Below are positions 17,827 to 27,952 of a stretch of DNA of 64,000 nt, one piece after another. Position 1 is the stretch's first letter. The number at the start of each line of letters is the position of its first letter. The stretch covers positions 832,001-896,000 of the forward strand of contig CBDCWI010000002.1 in the NCBI GenBank assembly GCA_965223325.1. Direction: 5' to 3'. The position numbers and the translations under genes are program-made. Below the pieces are notes generated by a model. That model was not told where the DNA came from, ran no database searches, and worked only from the letters and a program-made list of their open reading frames with translations. This stretch comes from Candidatus Multivoradales bacterium (GTDB taxonomy: Bacteria > Acidobacteriota > Thermoanaerobaculia > Multivoradales > Multivoraceae).

Positions 17827-20549
17827 CTCTCTGGGCAGGCTCCGCGCATCGTTGGCCTCCCGCGCTCGGAGGTTGCTCTTGCATGCTGCTCGTGTTGTTG
17901 GTCGTGCCCCTCGCCTCGCAGCCGTTGGCGCCGGCTCCAGCCGACGAAGCTTCGATCCTGGCGTCGTTCGAGTTGCGCAACATAGGACCCTTCCGGCCTG
18001 GCTCGTGGATCACCGCAATTGCGGTTCCCGAGATACCAGCCGCCGAGGCCCGTTCCCCCCACCGCTACACCTTCTACATCGGGGCCCGCAACGGCGGCGT
18101 GTGGAAGACTGACAACCTCGGAACGACCTTCGAGAACACCACCGATCCCTACGGCATCTCGGCCGTCGGTTCGCTCGCCGTTGCACCTTCCGATCCGTCG
18201 GTCATCTGGCTCGGAACGGGCGACGCTGAGAACGCACGCAGCTCGTACTCCGGCAACGGCATCTGGCGCTCGACGGACGCTGGAGAGACCTGGCAACACC
18301 GCGGACTCACCGACAGCCATCACATCGCGCGCATCGTAGTGCACCCAGAAGAGCCCGGCACCGCCTGGGTCGCCGCCATGGGTCACCTGTTCTCGACGAA
18401 CGACCAGCGCGGTGTGTTTCGCACCCGCGACGGCGGCGAGACCTGGCAGAAAATCCTCGCTCTCGGACCCGAGGTCGGCGTCATCGATCTGGTGGGAAAT
18501 CCGCAAGAGCCGGAGGTGCTCTACGCCGCCTCCTACGACAAGGTGCGCCTGCCCTGGCACTTCGAAGCAGGCGGTCACCGCAGCCGGATCCATCGGAGCC
18601 GTGACGGGGGCGACACCTGGAAGCTCCTCTCGCGCGGGCTACCACAAGGTGTCCTGGGGCGCATCGGTCTCGACATTCACCGCGCCGACCCCGACATCCT
18701 CTACGCGATCATCGAGAACCTCGAAGCGAGCGACGACAAAGACGAGGACGGAAACGTGCTCCCCTTCGGTAATCAGGTCTACCAGAGCGAGAACGGCGGC
18801 GAGAGCTGGCGACGGGTCAGTCCAGACGGGGTTTCGATCGGCTCGAAGTCGGCCTACGCCTTCAATGAGATTCGGGTCGACCCACGCGACTCCTCAAAGG
18901 TGTACGTGCTTTCGGAAAGCCTCCTGTCATCATTCGATGGCGGAGAGAGCTGGAACGATCTCGAGTGGCCACCGCAAACGCTCTTCGCTTCGATCTTTGG
19001 TGATGTACGTGCCTTCTGGATCGATCCGTATGACCCGCGTCGCATGATCCTGGGCTCAGACGGTGGCGTCTTTCTGACCTGGGACGGTGGCAAGACGGCC
19101 GACAGCCTTCACAACCTCCCGCTCGGTGAGGTCTACGCCGTCGCCGTCGACCTCGAGCAGCCCTACAACGTCTACGCCGGGCTCCAGGACCACGAGGTCT
19201 GGCGCGGACCCGTCAACTCGTGGTCAGGTGCGGTCACCCTCGAGGACTGGGTGGTCACCGGGAAGTGGGATGGCATGTACACCCAGGTCACCCCCGACGG
19301 GCGCTACGCCTACTCGACTACCCAGTTCGGCAACCACATCCGGGCTGATCTACGGCTCGGCGTGCGTTCCGAAATCGAACCAGAGCCGACCGACGGTGAC
19401 GGGGAGTACCGGTTTACCTGGACGCCACCGATTCAGATTTCACCGCACGACCCTGATCTCTTGTGGGCCGGAGCCCAGGTCTTGTTGTCGTCGACCGATC
19501 GCGGCGAGTCCTGGACCGTTCGATCTCCCGACTTGACCACCAACGACGAAGCGAAGATCGCCGGCAAGGGCCACATCCGCTACTGCACGATCACCACCCT
19601 GGCCGAGTCGGCCAAGGCGCCGGGCAGCCTCTGGGTGGGCACCGACGACGGCCGGGTCTGGCGCACGCCAGACGCCGGCGGCGAATGGATCGAGCTCAGC
19701 CAGGCTCTGGCTGTGGCCGGGGCACCAACCGCTCTGAGTGATACTCCCCGGTGGACCAGCCGCGTCGTTCCCTCGGCTCACGCACCCGAGCGCGCCTACG
19801 TCACGTTCTCGGGGTACCGGCGCGACGACATGACGCCCTACGTCTTGCGCACCGACGACAACGGCATCACCTGGAAAATGATCACCGCCGGCCTGCCCAC
19901 GGCCGCGGTTTCAGTGCTCGTCGAAGACCCGAAGAACCCGAACCTTCTGTTTGTCGGCCACGACCGTGGAGTGTCTGCCAGTCTCGACGGTGGTACGACC
20001 TGGTCCCCCTTCGGCAGGCTCCCGACGGTGCCGGTGCGCGATCTTCTGGTTCATCCACGCGAGGCTGACCTGGTCGTCGGCACCTACGGTCGTGGGGTCT
20101 GGGTCGGCGACATCGGGGTCGCACGCGAGCTCGACGCCACGCTGTTCGAGAAGGCCGTCCACCTCTTCGCCATCGAGGCAAAGCCCACGCGCCTGACCGA
20201 ACGCGACAGCTGGGGCGACCATGAGCTGTACGGTGACCGCCATATCGAGGTGCCCAACGAGCCTGACGGTCTCCTGATCCACTACTGGCTCGGAGCCGAT
20301 CTCGAGAAACCGCCGCGCATTCGCATTCGCCGAGCCGAGCGTGCCGACTTGGGGCTCGATGACCTCGCGGCGCTAGAAGGTGAATCCCAACGCGGTCTCC
20401 ACCAGATCCACTGGGACAGTCGAACGGCGAAGACGGGTGCGATCGAGGTGGTGCTCGAGGCGGGCGCCGACATTCAACGCCAGTACACCTGGTTGTTGGA
20501 CCCGCCACCGATGCCGGTCAATCCTCGCCTGGCCCCAGAACGACCCTGA
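17823..20549 (+). CDS. VPS10/BNR (Asp-box) repeat glycosyl-hydrolase-like protein
   Basis: Many S/TxDxGxTW Asp-boxes; GGVWKT, GSDGG, GLQD, GTYGRG. Confidence 0.85.
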   Translation: MTLWAGSAHRWPPALGGCSCMLLVLLVVPLASQPLAPAPADEASILASFELRNIGPFRPGSWITAIAVPEIPAAEARSPHRYTFYIGARNGGVWKTDNLGTTFENTTDPYGISAVGSLAVAPSDPSVIWLGTGDAENARSSYSGNGIWRSTDAGETWQHRGLTDSHHIARIVVHPEEPGTAWVAAMGHLFSTNDQRGVFRTRDGGETWQKILALGPEVGVIDLVGNPQEPEVLYAASYDKVRLPWHFEAGGHRSRIHRSRDGGDTWKLLSRGLPQGVLGRIGLDIHRADPDILYAIIENLEASDDKDEDGNVLPFGNQVYQSENGGESWRRVSPDGVSIGSKSAYAFNEIRVDPRDSSKVYVLSESLLSSFDGGESWNDLEWPPQTLFASIFGDVRAFWIDPYDPRRMILGSDGGVFLTWDGGKTADSLHNLPLGEVYAVAVDLEQPYNVYAGLQDHEVWRGPVNSWSGAVTLEDWVVTGKWDGMYTQVTPDGRYAYSTTQFGNHIRADLRLGVRSEIEPEPTDGDGEYRFTWTPPIQISPHDPDLLWAGAQVLLSSTDRGESWTVRSPDLTTNDEAKIAGKGHIRYCTITTLAESAKAPGSLWVGTDDGRVWRTPDAGGEWIELSQALAVAGAPTALSDTPRWTSRVVPSAHAPERAYVTFSGYRRDDMTPYVLRTDDNGITWKMITAGLPTAAVSVLVEDPKNPNLLFVGHDRGVSASLDGGTTWSPFGRLPTVPVRDLLVHPREADLVVGTYGRGVWVGDIGVARELDATLFEKAVHLFAIEAKPTRLTERDSWGDHELYGDRHIEVPNEPDGLLIHYWLGADLEKPPRIRIRRAERADLGLDDLAALEGESQRGLHQIHWDSRTAKTGAIEVVLEAGADIQRQYTWLLDPPPMPVNPRLAPERP

Positions 20550-20556
20550 GGAGGCG

Positions 20557-21645
20557 TTACTCCTGGGCTTCACGCTCGAGGAGCCGGGCCCCGCGCAGGA
20601 TGCCCCCCAGCGCATAGTTCCCTTCGTGGCAGGCGTACTCGTACATCTTCTTGTCGGTCGCCGGCCAGGGGTACTCACCACTGTAGGGCGCGGCGTAGTT
20701 CGGATCGTTGATGGTGAACTGGTAGCGCAGCGTGTTGCCGTCGATGCGGCTCCAGCGCTCGACTGCCTCGAGCCCCGGAGCGAAGGTGCTGGTGACGCCG
20801 CCCTTCGAGAGAAAGTTCGCGGTTCGAACGACCAGCGTGTCGCCCTCCCAGTGACCGACGGAGTTCCCGAGCCACCGCGGCGGCAAGTCATAGGGATCGA
20901 CGTCGCTCAGGTGGATGATGCGCGTGTCATGCATCCACTCGACGTGGATGAGAACGTGATCATCGGTTTGCACGATGCGCTTGATGTTGTTGTACATCGC
21001 GGGTCGCGCCGGCGGGCCAGCGGCACCGCGCGCCAACAAACAACGCTCGGCCAGTGGGCGCAACTCCGGATCGTCGTAGGGGCCGAAGTCGAGCCCGGGT
21101 TTCTCGAGCCACCAGGCGGTGCCGGTGTTCTCGTGTCGGTAGGGAGCCACGGCTGCCCGCTTTGCCTTCCCGGCCGCCGAGAGCGGCGGCATCTGGCCGT
21201 TCGCTGGTGACGTGAGGATCGAGGTGCGCCATTCGCCGTCGAGCTTGAAGGTCCCCTCGCCGATGTCGACAAAAAAGGCATTGTAGCCTCCGACCTTGCC
21301 GGCAGCACCGGTGAACTCGGGCGCGTAGATGCCCACCCCTCCTTCGGGAGGCGCCTCGCGATCCGGGTCGCTGGGCTGGTAGTCCTTCTCGAAGTTCTTG
21401 CGCCAGTGCTCGGCAATCGCCTGTGCCTCCTCGTCGCTGAGGGCGAGGCGATCACCGTAGTGCTGGGGACGCACAAACGGGGTGAGGGTCGCCGTGTCGT
21501 ACGTTCCCGAAAGATCGGGCCGACCGTCAGGCCGTCGCGGAACATCCTCCCCGTCGCTCGCGGCAACCAGCGGAGCCACGACCAGAAGCAGGAGGGCGGC
21601 GAACATGGTGAACGAACGTGGCAACGTGCTCTTTCGCTTCGGCAT
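20557..21645 (-). CDS. Secreted hypothetical protein (EYACHEGNY family)
   Basis: Signal peptide; DGRPDLSG, ERCLL, WEGDTLVV, EYACHEGNY. Confidence 0.75.
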   Translation of the reverse strand: MPKRKSTLPRSFTMFAALLLLVVAPLVAASDGEDVPRRPDGRPDLSGTYDTATLTPFVRPQHYGDRLALSDEEAQAIAEHWRKNFEKDYQPSDPDREAPPEGGVGIYAPEFTGAAGKVGGYNAFFVDIGEGTFKLDGEWRTSILTSPANGQMPPLSAAGKAKRAAVAPYRHENTGTAWWLEKPGLDFGPYDDPELRPLAERCLLARGAAGPPARPAMYNNIKRIVQTDDHVLIHVEWMHDTRIIHLSDVDPYDLPPRWLGNSVGHWEGDTLVVRTANFLSKGGVTSTFAPGLEAVERWSRIDGNTLRYQFTINDPNYAAPYSGEYPWPATDKKMYEYACHEGNYALGGILRGARLLEREAQE

Positions 21646-21731
21646 AAAACTCCCCTCTGACTGACAATTGTCCTGACATCATAGGGCAAGCCTCACCACC
21701 CGCCGCCCGCAGCGGCCAGAGAAGGACAACC

Positions 21732-22733
21732 ATGATGCCTTCGTTTACTTCGCTCGCGCCTCGCCGCGAACCGCAGGCGCTTCCTCTAATGGTGCTGCTG
21801 TCCGTCTTGTTCATCGCTGGCTGCTCGGCGACCGACCGAGAGCACCCGCCTTCCGCCCGCCCCGCCCAAGTAGCAGCTCCCGACCTGGTTCCCGAAGTCT
21901 CCGATCCACGCTGGACCCACGGCAGCGGTCCGGTGGTGGGAGTCGACGCCGCCCACAACAACTTCCACACCTTGGATGACCGCTACGCGGTCTTCGGCGA
22001 ACTGCTGGGGCGCGACGGCTTCCGGGTGCGCTCGTGGAACGGCCCGACGACTCTCGAAGCACTCGCTCCCCTGGACGTCCTGGTGATCTCGAATGCCCAG
22101 GTCGAGGGCGATGCGTTCAGCGTCCTGCCAACCGAGTCGGCGTTCAGCGATCCAGAGATCGAGACCCTCTTCGCCTGGGTCGAGGAGGGCGGAGCCCTGT
22201 TCCTGATCGCCGATCACATGCCGCTTGCAGGAGCCGCAGCCGCGCTGGCAGAACGATTTGGTGTCCTGCTCACCAACGGTTACACCTACGGTGCACCAGC
22301 GGTGTTTCCTGACGTCTTCACGCGCGACAACAAGGGACTATCCAGCCATCCGATCGTCGCCGGGCCCCAGGGAATGCCCGCGGTCGAACAGGTCGCCAGT
22401 TTCGTCGGCAATGGTTTCCAGGTTCTCGAGCCCGACGGGTCCGATGAGCTCGGGGTCTGGGAACCCATCCTGACGTTCGGCCCCGACGCCTTTACGCTGA
22501 TGGCGCGCGAATGGGGTGAGCTCGAAGTCGACACGCCGCGGGTTCGCTCACCGTATTGGCACCACGGCGGAGTTCGCCGGGTCGGTTCCGGACGCATCGC
22601 GATCTTCGGCGAGGCGGCCATGTTCACCTCACAGCGTGCGGGTGACGTGGTCATGGGCATGGGACACCCTGAGGCGATCGACAACGCGCGGCTCACCCGC
22701 TACCTGCTCTACTGGCTCTGCGGCGACTTCTGA
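21732..22733 (+). CDS. Lipoprotein with class I glutamine-amidotransferase-like (DUF4350-like) domain
   Basis: Lipobox IAGC; DAAHNNFHT, GGALFLIADHMP, GEAAMFTSQ. Confidence 0.65.
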   Translation: MMPSFTSLAPRREPQALPLMVLLSVLFIAGCSATDREHPPSARPAQVAAPDLVPEVSDPRWTHGSGPVVGVDAAHNNFHTLDDRYAVFGELLGRDGFRVRSWNGPTTLEALAPLDVLVISNAQVEGDAFSVLPTESAFSDPEIETLFAWVEEGGALFLIADHMPLAGAAAALAERFGVLLTNGYTYGAPAVFPDVFTRDNKGLSSHPIVAGPQGMPAVEQVASFVGNGFQVLEPDGSDELGVWEPILTFGPDAFTLMAREWGELEVDTPRVRSPYWHHGGVRRVGSGRIAIFGEAAMFTSQRAGDVVMGMGHPEAIDNARLTRYLLYWLCGDF

Positions 22734-22757
22734 GGGGCCCGGCCCCGTCCGGTTGCG

Positions 22758-24050
22758 CTAGCCGAGCGCGTTCTCGATCGCTCGTTCCAGGCGGGCGCTA
22801 CCTTCCGCCGCCTCGTTCTTGCTCAGGCACATCGGCGGTGCCATCCGCACGACGTTGCCGTACATACCGCCCTTACCCACCAGAAGCCCCTCTTCGCGCG
22901 TCGTTTCCATCAAACGACCCGCCACCGCCGCGTCAGGCTCGAGCCCCCCGGGTTTGACCAACTCGATCGCCAACATCAGTCCTCGACCGCGCACTTCGGC
23001 GATGGTTGGGAAACGCCTCGCCAGCTCGAGCAGATGACCACGGACTTCTTCCCCGCGTAGTCGGGCGTTGTTCTGCAGGTCGTTGTCGAGCATGAAGTCC
23101 AGGGTGGCAAGCGCACCCCGTGTGGCGAGCGGGTTGGCACCGAAGGTCGTAAACGGCCCGATAGGCAGCGAGTTGATGATCTCGGCCCTCGCGACGACAC
23201 CGCCAATGGCCAACCCGTTGCCGATGCCTTTAGCGAAGGTCAACATATCGGGCACCGCATCGTGTGCCTGATAGCCCCAGAAGTGGTCACCGGTTCGACC
23301 CCATCCGGTCTGCACCTCGTCTGAGATCCACAGGGCACCGTTGTTCTCGAGCACCGGCTTCATCGCGCCCAGGAGACCATCCGGCGGAACCAGGAAGCCG
23401 CCGACTCCCTGGATGGGCTCGGCGATCAGGCAGGCGACGTTGCCGGCCGTTGCCACTTCGATGACGTTCTCGAGGTCGCGAACACACTCGCCGATGTACT
23501 CCTCGTCGGGAAGATGCCCAAAGGGTGAGCGTAGACGGTAGCCACCGTGAACGTAGGAAACGTTGAAGGGCGCGTGCGGCATCGGCGACCACGACTTGAT
23601 GCCGGTGACCGCGGTCGCGCCATAGGAGTTGCCGTGGTAACTCGAGCGTAGGGCAAGGACCTGATTCGACTGGCGATAGTGGGTGGCAATGAGAAGCGCC
23701 GCGTCGTTGGCTTCACTGCCGGAGTTGGTGAAGAAAACCCGCGCGTCGGGAATGCCCGACAGCTTGGCAATGCGTTCGGCGAGTTCGATCGCCGGCTCGC
23801 ACAGATAGAGCGACGAGGTGTGCACGATCTTGGCGACCTGATCCTGGATCGCTGCGTTGATCGACGGCACAGCGTAGCCGCAACTGGTCACCAGAATGCC
23901 ACCGAAGAAGTCGAGGTAGGACCGTCCCTCGGCGTCCTTTACCCAGCAGCCCTCGCCGGAAACCAGGGCGATGGGATCGTTGTAGTAGAGCTTGGTCCAC
24001 GCCGGCAGAGCGGCACGATGGCGGTTCGTCAGATCCTGGTGTGTGGTCAT
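22758..24050 (-). CDS. Class III PLP aminotransferase (AGXT2/beta-alanine or GABA type)
   Basis: YLDFFGG, NSGSEAND, AEPIQGVGG, DEVQTGWGRTG, TFAKG. Confidence 0.9.
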   Translation of the reverse strand: MTTHQDLTNRHRAALPAWTKLYYNDPIALVSGEGCWVKDAEGRSYLDFFGGILVTSCGYAVPSINAAIQDQVAKIVHTSSLYLCEPAIELAERIAKLSGIPDARVFFTNSGSEANDAALLIATHYRQSNQVLALRSSYHGNSYGATAVTGIKSWSPMPHAPFNVSYVHGGYRLRSPFGHLPDEEYIGECVRDLENVIEVATAGNVACLIAEPIQGVGGFLVPPDGLLGAMKPVLENNGALWISDEVQTGWGRTGDHFWGYQAHDAVPDMLTFAKGIGNGLAIGGVVARAEIINSLPIGPFTTFGANPLATRGALATLDFMLDNDLQNNARLRGEEVRGHLLELARRFPTIAEVRGRGLMLAIELVKPGGLEPDAAVAGRLMETTREEGLLVGKGGMYGNVVRMAPPMCLSKNEAAEGSARLERAIENALG

Positions 24051-24200
24051 GATGGCCACAGGCTACCCGGAGCCGCGTTCCCTGTCACCACATGCGAGAG
24101 GCGAGGATCGTGGTCGAGGCCTAGCGAGGTTCAGCTTCAAACCGCCAAGGATAGAGACTGACCTCGCTCGATCAACCCTCGAAGCGCGGTCGCGCGCGCC

Positions 24201-25337
24201 TCACAGGCGAGGCTCGTACTGGATCTCGACTCGTCGGTTGCGCGCTCTGCCGGCGGGATCGTCGTCGCCATTCGGAGCCGTGTTGTGGGCAATGGGTTCG
24301 TGAGCACCGCGACCACGAGCGCGCATCAAGGCGTAGGGAACGCCCTCGTTGGCGTTGAGCCAGCGCATGACCGCTACGGCACGCGCTTCGGAGAGCTTCT
24401 GGTTGTACTCAACGCTGCCCAGAGAATCGGTGTGACCGATGACCCAGACGACCTCTGCTTGCTGGCGCAGGAGGTGCGCCACCTTGCGCAGTTCGGGGGT
24501 TGCCGCCGATTGCACGCGGGCACTGTCGAACTCGAACAACACATCGCCGGCCAGAGTCAGCGCCATGCGCCCCTCGTCGCTTCGTTCTGCGCCGAGCTCC
24601 ACCAGGATGCGGTCGTTGTCGGCGCGGCTGTAGGAGGAGCGCCGCTCGCGCCAATTGTCGTCCCGATCACTGCCGGTTCCCAACCGTACCCAGCCATCGT
24701 CATCAACGTGGATCGAGGCACCCCCGCTTTCGATGTGGACGTCACCGTCGCGCAGATCGATATCGGCTCCCGGAGTTCTGATGCCGTCGGCGGTGATCTC
24801 GACACCGCCAGCGCGGATTCCGCCAGGACCGATGACGACCCGATCGTCCGGGGTAGCACCCGGAGCCTCGCGCCGCTCACTACGCCGAGTCGACGTACCC
24901 GGCGAGCCGCGTTCGAAGGAATTGCCGCCAAGATCGATCAGGTCGCCGCTCCCAATGTTTCGGGTTCCACCGATGATCACCGATGAGCCGAATTCAATCT
25001 CACCGCTACCGCGGATCTTGAGTGCATGCTCGCCGCCCTCGATGGTGCTGTCGGTGATCAGGACATCGCCGCTCGACGACACCATCACACCGACGCCACC
25101 GGCGATGATGTGCGAATTGCGAATCGTGATGTCGCAGCTGCCGCGCGTGTTCACCGCATCTCCCGCGGTCTCGATCAAGCGACCCTCGATCAGTACGTCC
25201 TTGCTGCCTGAGCAGACCACCGGTTCCATCGGGCGTAGTTCGCCAGTTTGAGCTGCTAGCGGACCGGCTGCCAAGAAGGCTCCAACGGCGATCAGGACGC
25301 TGGCGATGACTTGCGAAGGAAGGAATAGGTACTTCAT
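24201..25337 (-). CDS. OmpA-family protein with an N-terminal beta-helix-like region
   Basis: Signal peptide; C-terminal GDVLFEFD, GHTDSLG..YNQKLSEARA, NRRVEI. Confidence 0.85.
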   Translation of the reverse strand: MKYLFLPSQVIASVLIAVGAFLAAGPLAAQTGELRPMEPVVCSGSKDVLIEGRLIETAGDAVNTRGSCDITIRNSHIIAGGVGVMVSSSGDVLITDSTIEGGEHALKIRGSGEIEFGSSVIIGGTRNIGSGDLIDLGGNSFERGSPGTSTRRSERREAPGATPDDRVVIGPGGIRAGGVEITADGIRTPGADIDLRDGDVHIESGGASIHVDDDGWVRLGTGSDRDDNWRERRSSYSRADNDRILVELGAERSDEGRMALTLAGDVLFEFDSARVQSAATPELRKVAHLLRQQAEVVWVIGHTDSLGSVEYNQKLSEARAVAVMRWLNANEGVPYALMRARGRGAHEPIAHNTAPNGDDDPAGRARNRRVEIQYEPRL

Positions 25338-25446
25338 GACGCAGGCTCTCCATAGAGGGAGTTCTGGGGATGAAAAAACGGTGCTCGGTCTCTTGAAGAT
25401 TGCATTCTAGAGCGACGGCGCCGAGTGCCGCTCTTGCTCTCCAACG

Positions 25447-25480
25447 AAAAGAGGCGCCCACCGCAGAGCGGGGGCGCCTC
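25447..25480 (-). terminator. Intrinsic terminator after the lipoprotein gene
   Basis: Hairpin GAGGCGCCC-A-CCGC-AGA-GCGG-GGGCGCCTC, followed on the minus strand by TTTTCGTT. Confidence 0.7.
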
Positions 25481-25523
25481 GAACACTCCCTACCGACCAG
25501 AGTGGCCGGAAGGCGACGACGAA

Positions 25524-25919
25524 TCAGTGTCCGTCGTCGTCGTCAACGGCCTCTTCGACCGCATCTGCCGCATCGCCGACCGCGCCAGCGGCGGCACCGA
25601 CAACATCACCTGCGGCGTCGGCGGTGGCCTCAGCGGCGTCACCGATTGCCTCGCCAGTCGCGGCAGCTGCATCACCAACGGCATCCACCGCGTCACCAGC
25701 CATTTCACCAGCGGCCTCGACGGCATCACCAGCCGCTTCACCCACGGCCTCCACGGCGTCGCCAGCGGCGTCAGCGGCAGCGCCAACGGCGTCGTCGACG
25801 GCCTCGCCGGCACTTTCCATCGGACCCGCATCGGGGTCGTCACTGCTGCAACCGGCCAGCGGCAGCGCGAGCAGCGCGATGGCAAACAAAAGCAGCAGAA
25901 GGTTCTTCGTACGGTTCAT
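25524..25919 (-). CDS. Small acidic Ala/Gly-rich lipoprotein with 11-residue repeats
   Basis: RBS GGAGGA; MNRTKN..LAGC lipobox; about 8 copies of an xGDAAGDAVEA-like 11-mer. Confidence 0.8.
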   Translation of the reverse strand: MNRTKNLLLLLFAIALLALPLAGCSSDDPDAGPMESAGEAVDDAVGAAADAAGDAVEAVGEAAGDAVEAAGEMAGDAVDAVGDAAAATGEAIGDAAEATADAAGDVVGAAAGAVGDAADAVEEAVDDDDGH

Positions 25920-26210
25920 CTTGTATTCCTCCTTCCGCAGTCGACCCTGGCGCCCGTGCCCCGCTCTCTCCCACACTGGGAGGACGCTGCAACCGCCGCC
26001 CGTCGATGCGGGTGTGTCCTGACTTGGAACGAAGACGTGAATTCTACCGGCTGCAGGTGCCACGGCACTCAGGTTGGGGAGACACTTTCCCGATCAGCCG
26101 CATCGTACTTCTAGAATTCCTCGTAATTACGCGGAGCGAGACCGCAGAGATCCATCCCGGTGGGTCCGAAGACTCATCGACTCGAAAGACAGGAAAGGCG
26201 CAGCGCGCGC

Positions 26211-27848
26211 CTACCGGAGACCGACGATCTCGCCGTCCACCAGGTCGATGTGCTTGGACTGGGGCTCACGCGGCAGGCCAGGCATCCGCATGATGTCGCC
26301 CAGCAGCACGACGACGAAACCGGCGCCGGCCGAGATCTGAAAGTCGGAAACGGTGATCGAGAAGTTCTCCGGGCGACCGGCTCGGGCTGGCTCGTCGGAG
26401 AGCGACATGGGCGTCTTGGCGATGCAAACCGGTAGCTTGCCGTAGCCGAGCTTCTCGATGATCTTGAGGGATCGCTTGGCGGTCTTGGTGTAGTCGACCC
26501 CCGTCGCACCGTACATCTTGCCGGCCACCGCAAGGATCTTTTCGGCGATCGAAGCGTCGAGGTCGTAGAGCAGCTCCACCGGGGCGCCCGGACCCTGGAC
26601 GTGTTCGACCAGAGTCCGCGCAAGCTCCTCGGCTCCTTCCCCACCCCTGGCAAAGTGATCCGAGACCGCGAACGCCACCCCGGTCTCAGAACACGCCTGG
26701 CGCACGACGTCGATTTCTTCGTCGGTGTCGGTCCCGAACTGGTTGAGCGCAACCAGCGGCCGTTTGCCGAACAGGGCGATGTTCTCGATGTGCTTTCTGA
26801 GGTTGGGCAGCCCCCGAAGAACGGCATCGGGATTGGGCTCCGGAAGGCCCTTCTTGACTCCACCGTGCCGCTTCAAGGCGCGGACGGTGGCCACCAGGAC
26901 AACGGCTGCCGGGTCCAGGCCGGCGCTTCGACACTTGATGTCGAGGAACTTCTCGGCACCGAGATCGAAACCGAATCCGGCCTCGGTGATCGTCCAGTCG
27001 GCGTGGGCCATCGCCATCTTGGTGGCCAATACCGAGTTGCAACCATGTGCGATGTTGGCGAAGGGGCCACCGTGAACGAACGCCGGCGTGCCTTCGATCG
27101 ACTGCACCAGGTTGGGCAGCATGGCTTCCTTGAGGAGCACCATCATCGCGCCCACCGCGTCGAGGTCGCCGGCCAGCACCGGCTTGCCGTCGAAGGTAAA
27201 GGCGACGAGAAGTCGCGAAAGGCGAGCCCTGAGATCGTCGGCGTCTTCCGCCAGGCACAGCGCCGCCATGATCTCGGAGGCGGGAGTGATGTCGAATCCC
27301 CCTTCGCGCGGCACTCCCTGGAGGCGCCCTCCCAACCCCACCACCACGCGGCGTAACGAACGGTCGTTGAGATCGATGACCCGTCGCCAGAGCACGCGGC
27401 GAGAATCGATCCGCGGTTCTCCGCCGTGGTAGATGTGGTTGTCGATCAGGGCGGCGAGCAGGTTGTTGGCCGACGTAATGGCGTGAAAGTCGCCATTGAA
27501 GTGCAGGTTGATGGCGTCCTGTGGCACGACGATCGAGCGGCCGCCGCCGGTCGCGCCACCCTTGAGGCCGAATACCGGCCCGAGCGAAGGTTCGCGCAGC
27601 GCCAGGCAAACGTTTTCGCCGATGCGGGAGAGCCCCTGCGCCAGGCCGATCGAAGTCGTCGTCTTGCCCTCACCGGATTTGGTCGGCGTGATCGCCGACA
27701 CCAGCACCAGCCGACCAGGCTTGCGACCGTTGTCGCGCGCTTCGAGCTGCACTTTGGCGCGGTCGGACCCGAAGGGCAGCAGATGATCGGGGCTGATCCC
27801 GAGATCTGCCGCGACGTCCTGAATCGGGCGTAGTGTTTGAGACGACAT
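26211..27848 (-). CDS. fhs: Formate--tetrahydrofolate ligase
   Basis: TPTKSGEGKTT, LREPSLGP, HGGPFANIAHGCNS, TEAGFG.DLGAEKF, MRMPGLP; RBS GGAGGA before ATG 27848. Confidence 0.97.
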   Translation of the reverse strand: MSSQTLRPIQDVAADLGISPDHLLPFGSDRAKVQLEARDNGRKPGRLVLVSAITPTKSGEGKTTTSIGLAQGLSRIGENVCLALREPSLGPVFGLKGGATGGGRSIVVPQDAINLHFNGDFHAITSANNLLAALIDNHIYHGGEPRIDSRRVLWRRVIDLNDRSLRRVVVGLGGRLQGVPREGGFDITPASEIMAALCLAEDADDLRARLSRLLVAFTFDGKPVLAGDLDAVGAMMVLLKEAMLPNLVQSIEGTPAFVHGGPFANIAHGCNSVLATKMAMAHADWTITEAGFGFDLGAEKFLDIKCRSAGLDPAAVVLVATVRALKRHGGVKKGLPEPNPDAVLRGLPNLRKHIENIALFGKRPLVALNQFGTDTDEEIDVVRQACSETGVAFAVSDHFARGGEGAEELARTLVEHVQGPGAPVELLYDLDASIAEKILAVAGKMYGATGVDYTKTAKRSLKIIEKLGYGKLPVCIAKTPMSLSDEPARAGRPENFSITVSDFQISAGAGFVVVLLGDIMRMPGLPREPQSKHIDLVDGEIVGLR

Positions 27849-27952
27849 AGTTCCTCCAGAGCCGCGATGCGGCCGGCATATGCGGTGGTTCTTCTTGGGA
27901 TTTCTCTTAAGAGGCGGGTGCCCACGCATTCTGCTGGGCCAACCGAGTCAGA

